Shown: piece by piece, positions 24,636 to 35,896 of the stretch
Layout: every line of letters begins with the position of its first letter
How positions within the stretch are numbered: position 1 is the first letter of the stretch
Assembly (NCBI RefSeq): GCF_963921235.1
Contig: NC_086104.1
Location: forward strand, 4,216,001-4,280,000
Source of the DNA: Mobula hypostoma
Taxonomy: Eukaryota
DNA length: 64,000 nucleotides
Direction: 5' to 3'
The notes under the pieces: model-generated
Databases searched by the model: none
What the model saw: only the letters and a program-made list of their open reading frames with translations
What the model was told of the DNA's origin: nothing
Translations under genes and position numbers: made by a program

Positions 24636-26565
24636 CTGTAAGGGAGAAGATCGTCACTTCAACCCCAGCTTGAAGCAGACATCTTTTGTTACATGACCTC
24701 TAGTGAAAGTACAAACACTTTATTGCTTCTGATATTAATATTATGTTGCAGCTGTTCCCGAGTTTACAGAGTTCAGGTGAGACCAATGATGGGTGATAAA
24801 TATGTGCTTCAGGTAATGACCACCCACTTCGAATTGAACCTGGAACAGTACAGAACTGGACAGGACATCTGGCCTTGATGTTGTGACGACTTTGATGCTC
24901 ATTTATGTTAAATATCCTCCTCCTATGTATCATTCATATCCCTCCATTCCGTTTGTATTCACGTGTCCATCTAACATCCTCTTAAAGTCAAACAAACTCC
25001 TTTCTCCACTACTATCTCAGTAACCTGTTCCAGACAGATACAGCAGATTCTGGTTCACTGGGCTGTCGGTTAATCGGGGAGCTATTTATTTGGGACATCT
25101 CTTAAATAACAAAAACTAATTGAGAAAATAGACAGGATTCACTTTGTTTATTTGGGACACTATGTTGATTCATTGGGACAGAAAGTTGTTGCTTAACAGT
25201 TTGTAACGAGTGTCCGTAGCGTGCACTTGTAAGACCGTTAGACAACACTGCTTCGAGTGAATAGTTTTTAAGTAGCATCAAAGCATGTGCTTTTGTTCAA
25301 AAAGCGGTGATATTGTCACTGATAGTTGATGAGAAATAAGCAGTAAGACAATTCAGAACTGTTTCGCCCATTGCCTATGTACATATAAACTCGTCCCTCA
25401 CATGAGCTTTAAACTGTCCCCTGCTCGAAACTTAAAATCATGTCTGGTGTTTGACATTTCTACCACGAGGGAGAACAACCCGAGATTGACCAAGCTTTCC
25501 TTGTAATTCATTCCCTCTAATCCAGGCAGCGTCCCAGTGAACCTCATCTGCAGTCTTTCCACAGTCTCACATCATTACTACAACGGGAACTGTATGCAAT
25601 ACCCGAAGTGGATCTGACTCAAATTCATATATCTGCAACGTGATTTGGAGTCATGGAGCAATACAGCACAGAAACTGGCCCTTCAGCCCCTCTAGTCTGT
25701 GCCAACATGATTTTCTGCCTAGACCCATCTACCAGCACCCAGAGCACAGCCCTCCAGACCTGTTATATTGATGTTTCTATCCAAACTTCTCTTAAAGTTG
25801 CAACTGAGCGTAATCCACTGCTTTCACTGGCAGCTCATTCCACCTTCTCAGAATCCTCTGAAAGAAGAAGTTTCTCTTCAGTTTCCCTTTAAATATCTCA
25901 CCTTTCACCCTTAATCCATGACCTCTAGTTCTAGTCTTACCTCATCTCAGTGGAATAAACATGTTTGCATTTACTCTGTCTATATCCCTCATAATTTTGT
26001 GTACCTCCATCAAATCTACGCTCCAGGGAATAAAATCCTAATGTATTCAACCTTTCCCTGTTCCTCAGGTCCTCAAGTCCTGGTTCAAAGGTTGATTTTA
26101 TTTTCGAAGTATACAGTACAATACAACTCTGATATTCGTCTTGGCAACACCTGTGTAAATTTTGTCTGCACTCTTTCAAACTGAGGGTAGGTGACCGGAA
26201 CTATACACAATACTTGCTCAAAGGATGCAATGTTGAGTCTGTATCGGGCATTGGTCAGACTGCTTTTGGAATATGGTCTCAGCCCGAAACGACGACTGTA
26301 CTTTTCTCCACAGATTCTGCCTGGCCAGTTGAGTTCCTCCAGCATTTCCTGTGTGTTGCTTGGAAGATGGTGAGCAGTTTTGAGCCCTTATCTACAAAAG
26401 GATGTGCTGGCATTGGAGAGGAGATTCATGAGAATGATCCCAGGAATGAAAGGGTTAACATTTGTGGTTCTGGGCTTGTACTCATAGGAGTTTAGTAGAA
26501 TGAAGGGGAATCTCACTGTAACCTATCAAATACTGTAAGGCCTAAATAGGCTGGACGTGGAAATG

Positions 26566-26762
26566 GCCAGGCAGCATCTGTAGGAAGAGGTGCAGTCGAT
26601 GTTTCAGGCCGAGACCCTTCGTCAGGACTAACTGAAGGAAGAGTGAGTAAGGGAAACGTCGACTGCACCTCTTCCTACAGATGCTGCCTGGCCTGCTGCG
26701 TTCACCAGCAACTTTGATGTGTGTTGCTTGAATTTCCAGCATCTGCAGAATTCTTGTTGTTG
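26566..26762. mobile_element. Penelope pLTR insertion with an internal inversion
   Basis: Inverted repeat GGCCAGGCAGCATCTGTAGGAAGAGGTGCAGTCGA / TCGACTGCACCTCTTCCTACAGATGCTGCCTGGCC. 14-bp TSD TGGACGTGGAAATG at 26552-26565 and 26763-26776. Confidence 0.75.
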
Positions 26763-27640
26763 TGGACGTGGAAATGATGTCTCCTATAGTGGGGCAGTCA
26801 AGAAGACTGGAGGGTGGCTGGTGTTGCTTCATTGTTCAAGAAGGCTAGTGTGGTAGGCCAGGGAACTACAGGCCGGTGAGCCTGAATTCTGTGATAGGGA
26901 AGTTACTGGAGGGAATTCTGAGGGTCAACACACTCAGTGGTGGAGGAACTCAGCAGGTTAGGGGACATCCACAGAGAGGATTAAACAATCAACATTTCAG
27001 GATGAGACCCTTCAGCGAGGCTGGGAAAGAAGGGGGAAGAAGCCAGAATAGGAAGGTGGAAGGGGAGGGAATACAAGCTGCAGGTGACACGTGAGACCAG
27101 GCGAGAGGGAAGTTAGAGGTGATATGAGAATCTGGGAGGTGATGGGAGGAAGAGGTAGAGAGCTGAGGAAGAAGGGTCTGATTGAAGAGGAGAGTACGGC
27201 CCAACATCACTTAGATAGTCAAGGCTTGATCAGAAAATGGATGGGCTATCAGCAGACTTGATGGGCTGAGTGGCCTAATTCTGCTACAATGTTTCATGGT
27301 CTTATGGGCTGATCAGAAATGGCCATGGTTTTGTGCATGGGAGGTCATGTTTTAACAACATTTTTGCTGTTTCTCAAAGAAGTAACTAAAGGGGTAGATG
27401 TTGTCTATGTGGACTTTAGTAAGGCCTTTGACAAGCTCCTGCAAATCAGGATGGCCTGTAAGGTAGGGTTGCATGGGATTCAGGGGGAGCTAGAGAGGTG
27501 GATTCAGAATTGGCGCAATGATAGGAAGCAGAGGGTGATGGCTGCAGGTCGATTCTCCGACTGAATTCTGATTAACAAAGTTACTGATGATACTAAATTA
27601 AGGGAATTTGTTGATGGTGAAGTAGATTACAATGAATTAC

Positions 27641-28662
27641 TGTTAGAGAGTTTAGGACTGATCAAACACAAAGTAGGCAAAGAGCTCAAAACTAGTTACT
27701 GCATTTATTTAGTAAATTTAGGGGGAGCTGTTCCTCACTATGTCTCCACCAACGTACAGTTACAATTGAAATTTATAGACTAAATCTAATCACACTTGGC
27801 CAGCTGGTCTCCAGACACCGTTTCTATAATTTACACAACATTAGCACCTATACAATCGGTTCCTCATTGATTGCAAGGAGATCTGGATCATCGGCGATGG
27901 GATGAGGAATGACGATAAACCCGATGTTCCAATGTTTTTAAAGCGCTGGGACGAATCAGAAAGGTTGTGTACAGGCCGAATCGAGACGTCGTGGTCCAGG
28001 TACTGGAGCATACTGAAATGACTGAAACTGATGTTTGGATGATGATTTTGGTGCTGGGCTGAGGAACTGGGGATATAAAAAAATCATTTTGAACCTATGT
28101 AACCTCTGGCTAAAAGAATAATTGGGACTGAATAGGAATTTTTGAACTGAAGTAAACTCTGTCTTCAGCAGTTAGCTAAGACAGGCTCATTTCCAGTTCT
28201 CCTCGGCTTGTAGAGAGACATTGAGAGTTTGATAACATTGTACATTGTGCCCTCGTTTGAGTAAAAGAAGGAGGACTCACCGATAAGGACAGGAATGAAC
28301 ATCCATCTGTAATTAATTCAGGGCCTAGCAAAGGGAATAAGTGATACGGACTGGATAACACTTCCATCTGTAATTAAACCTTGATCTAGCAGACTCTCTT
28401 AGCTGTAACTAAGCTTCACACCAACAGACGTGGTGTGCGTACCAGTTCAAATGACATTTTGCAACAGTAATGTTTGGGGCTTACTATGTATAAATATACG
28501 GCTGTAACCAGAGAGAGTAGGCCCACTTGTCGGATGGTGGCAGTACTTATGTGCCTTCCTTCTGACAACTGTGTCTCAAACTCCTGCAGGAGCGTGCACA
28601 ATAAACTGTTGTTAACTATAAGAAGCTGGTCTCCCGAGTTTTATTCAGATTCGACTTTAACA
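27641..28662 (+). mobile_element. Solo-type LTR (~1.0 kb)
   Basis: Ends TGTTAGAG...CTTTAACA form a 7/8 inverted match. TATAAA at 28489 and AATAAA at 28600. Interrupts a CR1 RT fragment. No TSD, PBS or PPT seen. Confidence 0.7.
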
Positions 28663-28862
28663 GGGCCACATTGAAAAGGTCAGGCTGTCGGTGCCCAAGG
28701 TGAGGGTAAGCCCAGTAATTTCTAAGGGAGGGACATGTTCAGAACAACTTTGTGGGCTGAGGGGCCTGTACTGTGCTGTAGGTTTTCTATGTTTCTATGT
28801 CCTTGAAAGTGAGTCCATAGCTTGTGGGAACAGTTCAGTGATGGGGAAAGTGAAGTTATAAG

Positions 28863-31800
28863 ACCATAAGAACATAAGATATAGGAGCAGACGTAGGCCA
28901 TTCAGCCCATCAAGTCTGCTCCGCCATTCAATCATGGGCTGATCCAATTCTTCCAGTCATCCTCACTCCCCTGCCTTCTCCCCATACCCCTTGATGCCCT
29001 GGCTAATCAAGAGCCTATCCATCTCTGCCTTAAATACACCCAATGACTTGGCCTCCACAGCCGCTCATGGCAGCAAATTCCACAGATTTACCACCCCCTG
29101 ACTAAAGTAATTTCTCCGCATCTCTGTTCTAAATGGACGTCCTTCAATCCTGAAGTCATGCCCTCTTGTCCTAGACTCCCTACCATGGGAAATAACTTTG
29201 CCATATCTAATCTGTTCAGGCCTTTTAACATTCGGAATGTTTCTATGAGATCCCCATCATTCTCCTGAACTCCAGTGAATACAGCCCAAGAACTGCCAGA
29301 CGTTCCTCATACGGTAACCCTCTCATTCCTGGAATCATTCTTGTGAATCTTCTCTGAACCCTCTCCAATGTCAGTATGTCCTTTCCAAAATAAGGAGACC
29401 AAATCTGCACACAATACTCCAGGTGTGGTCTCACAAGTGCCTTATAGAGCCTCAACATCACATCCCTGCTCTATATTCTATACCTCTAGAAATGAATGCC
29501 AACATTGCATTCGCCTTCTTCACAACCGACTCATCCTGGAGGTTAACCTTTAGGGTATCCGGCACAAGGACTCTCAAGTCCCTTTGCATCTCTGAATTTT
29601 GAATTCTTTCTCCACCTAAATAATAGTCTGCCCGTTTATTTCTTCCACCAATGTGCATGACCATACACTTTCCAACATTGTATTTGATTTGCCACTTCTT
29701 TGCCCATTCCTCTAAACTATCTAAGTCTCTCTTCAGACTGTCTGTTTCCTCAACATTACCTGCTCCCCCACCTATCGTTGTGTCATTGACAAATTTAGCC
29801 ACAAATCTATCAATTCCACAGTCCAAGTCATTGACATACATCGTAAAAAGCAGCGGTCCAAACACGGAACCCTCTGGAGCTCCAAAGGTAACCAGCAGTC
29901 AGCCAGAATAGGATCCCCTTTATTCCCACTCTCTACTTTCTGCTGATAAACCAATGCTCCACCCATGCTAGTAACTTCTCTGTAATTCTATGGGCTCTTT
30001 TCTTGCTAAGCAGCCTCATGTGCGACACCCTGTCAAAGGTCTTCTGAAAATCCAAGTACACCACATCAGCTGCATTTCCTTTGTCTACTCTGCCTGTAAT
30101 TACCTCAAAAAATTGCAGTGGGTTACTCCAGCAGGATTTTCCTTTCAGGAAACAATGCTGGCTTTGGCCTATCCTGTCATGTGCCTTCAGCTACTACATA
30201 ATCTCATCCCTAACAATCGATTCCAACAACTTTCTAACCACTGATGTCAGTCTAACAAGTCTATAGTTTCTTTTCTGCTGCCTCCCACACTTCTTAAATA
30301 GTGGAGTAACATTTGCAATTTTCCAGTCATCTAGTACAATGGCAGAATCTATCGATTCTTGAAAGATGATTGTTAATGCCTCCACAATCTCTCCAGCTAC
30401 TTCCTTCAGAACCAGAGGGTGTATTCCATCAGGTCCAGGAGATTTACCCATCCTCAGACCATTCAGCTTCCTGAACACCTTCTCAGTCGTAATTTTCACT
30501 TCACAAACTTCACTTCCCTGACACTCTTGAATGTCCGGTATACTGTAGACGTCTTCCACTGTGAAGACTGATGCAAAATACGCATTCAGTTCCTCTGCCA
30601 TCTCTGCATCTCTCATTACAATATCTCCAGCATCATTTTCTATTTGCCCTGTATCTACCCTCGACTCTCTTTTACCCTTTATATACTTAAAAAAGCTTTT
30701 AGTTTCTTCTTTGATATTAGTCGCCATCTTCCTTTCATAATCCATCTTTTCCTTCCTAATGAGCTTCTTAGTTTCCTTCCGCAGATTTTTAAAAGCTTCC
30801 CAATCCTCCATCTTCCCATTAGCTCTGGCTTCCTTGTATGCCTCTCTTTTGCTTTTACTCTGGTTCTGACTTCAGTTGTCAGCCACAGTAGTGTCCTTCT
30901 TCCATTCGAAAATTGCTTCTTATTTGGAATATACCTGTCTTGCACTTGCCTCATTTTTCGCAGAAACTAGCCATTTCTGCTCTGCTGTACCTCCTGCTAG
31001 TGTCCCTTTCCAGTTAACCTTGGCAAGCTCCCCTCTCACACCATTGTAATTTCCTTTATTCCACTGAAATTTCGACACATTGGAATTTAGTTTCTTCTTC
31101 TCAAATTTGAAAGTGAACTCGATCATATTGTGATCACTGTTCCCTAAGGGTTCCTTAACGTTAAGCTCTCTTATCACCTCTGGATCATTGCACAGCTCCC
31201 AATCGAGCACAGTGGATCCCCTAGTGGGCTCAATAACAAGCTCTTCTAAAAAGCTATCACTCAGAAATTCAACAAGTTCTCTCCCTTGAGGTCTAGCACT
31301 GGCCTGGTTTTCCCAATGCACTTTCATGTTAAAATCCCCCACAATTATCATAACATTGCCTTTCTGACATGCCTTTTCTATCCCCTGCTGTAATTTGTAA
31401 TCTATGTCTCAGCTGCTGTTTGGAGACCTCCACACAACTGCCATTAGGGTCCTTTTACACTTGCCATTTTAATGAAACCCAAAAAGACTCTACAATTTCC
31501 GATCCTGAACCATCCCCTTCTAATGATTTAATATTATTTCTTATACACAGAGCCACACCACCCGCTCTGCCTGATAACTTATCTTTCCAATACATCGTAT
31601 GTCATTGGAAATTCAGCTCCCAAAGGCAGCCAGTCTTTAGCTAAGTTTCAGAGATAGTCACAATGTCATACATGTAGCTGAATTTCAAGATTATCCATTT
31701 TATTTCTTATGCTGCGTGCATTCAAATATAACACTTTCAGTCCAGTATTTGTTACTTTCTGTTTTAACTGCACCACACCTCTATTGCCCTGTAACTCATT

Positions 31801-31930
31801 GTACTAGCTGTGATTATGCCTCATCTCCTGCCTGTCTTTTCTATCATCTCTGTTGCACACTATCTTTGATTTATTTCTGTTTTCCCGTTCCTCAGTTCTA
31901 TCACTCTGGTTCCCATCCCCCTGCCAAATT
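28863..31930 (-). mobile_element. Degenerate CR1 (APE-RT-3' UTR)
   Basis: ORFs 30920-31351, 30194-30811, 29458-29865 and 29243-29461 are consecutive pieces of CR1 ORF2, ending in a TAAGACCATAAGAACATAAG tail. Confidence 0.85.
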
Positions 31931-32869
31931 AGTTTAAACCCTCCCTTGTACTATTTGTACTATGAATGGTAGAGAACCAGGGAAAGTAATGGAACAGAGG
32001 GATTTTTGGAGTGCATGTGTATAGTTTTTTGAAAGTGGCATCACAGGTAAGACAGCTTGGTGAAGAAAGTGTTTAGCCATCAGACAGGACATTGAATGTA
32101 AGGGATGAGAGAGTATGTTCTACATGTGTAAATTATCGGTGAGCCTTGTGTACAGTTTTGGTCACTCTTTTAGCAGAAGGACATTGTCAAGCTGGAAACA
32201 GTGCTGAAGAGATTTATGGGGATGCTGCCTGGATGAGAGGGCCTGAGTTATAGGGAGAGATTGGCCACACTGCAAGACCGGAGAACGAGAGGTGACCTCA
32301 GAGAAGTTTATAAAATCATGAAGAGTATGGATAGTTTGGACAGTCCAGTCGTTTCCCAAGAGTTGGGGTGTCCAAACCTTGAAGAGACAGGTACAAGATA
32401 AGAGGCATTAAAAGAGACCTGAGGGGTAACTTCTTTACAGTGGGGTTACTTAGTACCTGGAACGAGATGTCAGAGGAAGAGGTCGAGATGGTTCCAACTG
32501 CAACCTCCGGTAATTTCAATAGGTGCTTGGAGGTTTATGGTCAAAACGCAGGGAGGATGCTGTACTCAGCATTGACCAGTCAGGCTGAAGGGCCTTTGTT
32601 CGTGCTGTAATACTTTGTGACTAACGCCACAGACGCTAGTGAATGAAACCTTGCTTTTCAAGATGTATTGAGGGCCTTGGTTCAGAGAAAGAAGGTGTAT
32701 AGCAGATATAGGCAGGTAGGAACAAATGAGGTGCTTATGGTGTATAAGAAATGCAAGAGAACACTTAAGAAAGATATCAGGAAGGCTAAAAGAAGGCATG
32801 AAGTTGCAGACAAGGTGAAGGAGAATCCTAAGGGATCCTACAGATATTTTAAGTATGGTAACTTTTCAT

Positions 32870-33490
32870 GTTTTCCAGCATTGAAACAAAGAGGATTTAA
32901 TTTGGCTCTTTAGACACTGGTCAACAGAAAAGACTTTATCGTTTCAAAGTGAAAACAAATTTCTACAAATTGGCCTAAATTAATTGCAGTCAATAAACAC
33001 AAAATAACTGATTGCATAATTACTCATTCCTTCAAGTTTGTATTTTCTAGATTGTGAGTGAACATCCCTTTTCAAGTCCAGCCACAAATTCTCAATTGGT
33101 TTGAGGTCTGGACTCTGACTTGGTCACTCCAGGACATCAACTTTGTTGTTTTTAAGCCATTCCTATGCAGCTCTGGCTTTATGCTTAGTGTCATTGTCTT
33201 GCTGGAAAACAAATCTTCTCCCAAGTTGCAGTTCTACTACAAACTGCATCATGTTTTCCACAAGGATTTATTTTACCCTCTACCTTCACAAGCCTTCCAG
33301 GGCCTGCTGCAGTGAAGAATCCCCACGACATGATGTAGCTACCACCATGCATCATGGGAGGGATGGTGTGTTTCTGATGATGTGCTGAGTTTGGCTTATG
33401 CCAAACATAACATTTAGTCTGATGGCCAAAATGTCAATTTTGATTTCATCAGGCCCTTCTTCCAGCTGATTTCAGAGTCATCTCTATGCC
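32870..33490 (-). mobile_element. Tc1/mariner transposase remnant
   Basis: Minus-strand translation retains DETKI and QQDNDTKHKA...WLKNNKVDVLE*PSQSPDLKPIENLW, with stops. Confidence 0.8.
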
Positions 33491-34390
33491 TGACTCACAA
33501 CACGATGCAGGAACTCAGCAGGTCGGGCGGCATCCGTGGAAACGATCAGTCAACGTTTCGGGCCAGAACCCTTCGTCAGGACTGAAGAGGGAGGGGGCAG
33601 AGGCCCTATAAAGAAGGTGGGGGGAGGGTGGGAAGGAGAAGGCTGGTAGGTTCCAGGTGAAAAACCAGTAAGGGGAAAGATAAAGGGGTGGGGGTGGGGG
33701 AGGCAGGGAGGTGATAGGCAGGAAAGGTGAAGAAGGAATAGGGGAAAACACAATGGGTAGTAGAAGGAGGCGGAACCATGAAGGAGGTGATAGGCAGCTG
33801 GGGGAGGGGACAGAGTGAAATACGGATAGAGGAAGGGAGGGGGAGGGAATTACCAGAAGTTGAAGAATTCTATGTTCATACCAAGGGGCTGGAGACTACC
33901 TAGACGGTATATGAGGTGTTGCTCCTCCAACCTGAGTTTAGCCTCATCATGGCAGTAGAGGAGGCCATGTATGGACATATCTGAATGGGAGTGGGAAGCA
34001 GAGTTGAAGTGGGTGGCTACTGGGGGATCCTGTCTGTTGTGGCGGACGGAGCGGAGGTGCTCGATGAAGCGGTCCCCCAATCTGCGTCGGGTTTCACTGA
34101 TGTAGAGGAGGCCGCACTGGGAGCACCGGATGCAATAGATGACCCCAACAGACTCACAAGTGAAGTGTTGCCTCACCTGGAAGGACTGTTTGGGGCCCTG
34201 AATGGCGGCAAGAGGGGAGGTGTAGGGGCAGGTGTAGCACTTATGCTTACAGGGATAAGTGCCAGATGGGAGATCCGTGGGGAGGGACGTGTGGATCAGG
34301 GAGTCGCGGAGGTACCGATCCCTGCGGAAAGCGGAGAGGGGTGGAGAGGGAAGGAAGATGCAGAAGGCAATAGGTGAAGCCAGGTGGGTG
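33490..34390 (-). mobile_element. Penelope-like element 3' part with GIY-YIG endonuclease and pseudo-LTR
   Basis: ORF 33850-34176 has VIYCIRCSQCGLLYISETRRRLGDRFIEH...HFN...E..LI...N, a GIY-YIG domain of the Penelope type. Purine-rich pLTR with a hammerhead motif. Confidence 0.88.
33547..33584 (-). ncRNA. Minimal type I hammerhead ribozyme motif (Penelope pLTR)
   Basis: CAGUC CUGACGA AGGGUUCUGGCCC GAAAC GUU GACUG: conserved core, 5-bp stem I, short stem II, loopless palindromic stem III. Confidence 0.65.
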
Positions 34391-35250
34391 GGAAAGATAA
34401 CAGTCTGGAAAAGAAGGAATCTGACAGGAGAGAGTGGACCATAGGAGAAAGGGAAGGAGGAGGTGACTCGGGGGGGAGGTGATAGGCAGGTGAGAAGAGG
34501 TAAGAGGCCAGAGTGCAGAATAGAAGAGGGGGGTGTCTTCCTGCAGACATTGAAAAAAACAGAGTGAAATACACAATACTCGGGGTGGATTCAGCAGATC
34601 TGGCAGCATTTCTGATGAGCAAAGAAGAGTCAACATTTTGACCCAAGACCTTTCATTAGGGTGTCAGCCCAAAATGTTCACTCTTTCATCCTCTCCATAG
34701 ATGTTGTCTGATCTATTGAGTTCCTCCAGAATTTTGTGAGTTTAGCTGGACTTTTACCAGGGTACAAATGTCAAATACTGGAGTGCATAGGTTTAAGATG
34801 AGAGGGGGAAAGTTTATTGATGTTCTCCAAAGCTAGCACATATTTTCTTAGATAAGGGGACAAAATCTCCTCAGAATACATTATTTTAATCATGCCTGCA
34901 GTCCAGTCGATGTCCTGTTTTATTCAGATGGCATCTGCTCTTCCTCTGGATGCTTTTGTTTTCCAGCACCTGAGTCCGTACAATGGTCATCCCCCACCTT
35001 GCATTCGTCTATTCACAGACACGGACATCACTGGCAATACCAGCATTTATCCTCTTTCCCTGATTAATCCTGAACTCAGGAGCCAGTGAATAATCATCCA
35101 CTTTGATCAGTTAAAAAAATCAGTTTGTCCCACTCATTATTCTGCAGCAGAAACTAATATTTACAGGTATTTCTATAAAACTGAAAACATGGCGTCATTG
35201 TTATTTGTACAGAGACATGACAAGAAATACAACCAACATGAAGTACTCAC

Positions 35251-35613
35251 TGGTCACATTCAGCTGGGTTCCGTTTCCAAAGACCTTCCCCCAAATGCCA
35301 CAGATGTAAAGTTTAGAGTCGGTGAGCTTCACGTTGCTGATGGTCAGTGAGTAGCTGTTAGTGGTGACATTCCTGGAAAGCTGAAATCGATCGGAGAAGC
35401 CCCGTGACCTGTCAACTCTGCCATCAGCACAAAGAGTAACTAAAAATACTTTAACTGTCTGTTTATTGCGTGATTTGTACCAGTGTACATCATATTTATC
35501 CACAGTGTATTCCACATTGTCACTCTCCAGGACACACTGTATCTGCACCGTTCCACCTTCACGCACCTTCACAACTCCAGGTGATTGGATCAGGACTGTC
35601 CCTGCATTTACAC
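35251..35613 (-). CDS. Ig V-set domain 1 with germline-joined J-like strand (VJ exon)
   Basis: Acceptor tttactacccacag|GT, donor ACCA|gtgagt, 363 nt, phase 1-1. Translation GVNAGTVLIQSPGVVKVREGGTVQIQC...DVHWY...DRFQLSRNVTTNSYSLTISNVKLTDSKLYICGIWGKVFGNGTQLNVT has the B-strand Cys, C-strand Trp, D-x-x-x-Y-x-C and FGxGT. Confidence 0.93.
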
Positions 35614-35896
35614 CTGTGGGTAGTAAACAACTGAAGGTCAGGGCAGATGAAGAACCACAAACACAATCATAATAATTTGAAATTTACAAAAATATTTATG
35701 AATATTTTGTGCATTAAATATCAACTTGCAGTGTAACTGTTTCCATCCTGAGCTCAGTTCTTTCATTTTGTTCTGAACCGACCTACAATCTCCTGGTTGC
35801 TGCGGCCAGCACAGAAGTAGAAATATTGAATGTGAATGCACAAATCCTGGCCAATGTAAAACATTATAGACTGCACTCAGAATTGCAAATGTCACT

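Noticed and set aside
24693-24777. Plus-strand leader-like ORF MTSSESTNTLLLLILILCCSCSRVYRVQ with a GTGAGA donor
   Set aside because: It is on the opposite strand to the V exons, has a phase-0 donor and has no plausible downstream plus-strand exon; probably chance.
35770-35850. Leader exon close to V1 (HSHSIFLLLCW...)
   Set aside because: No ATG, and the donor is weak and in phase 2. The 59497-59545 exon fits much better.
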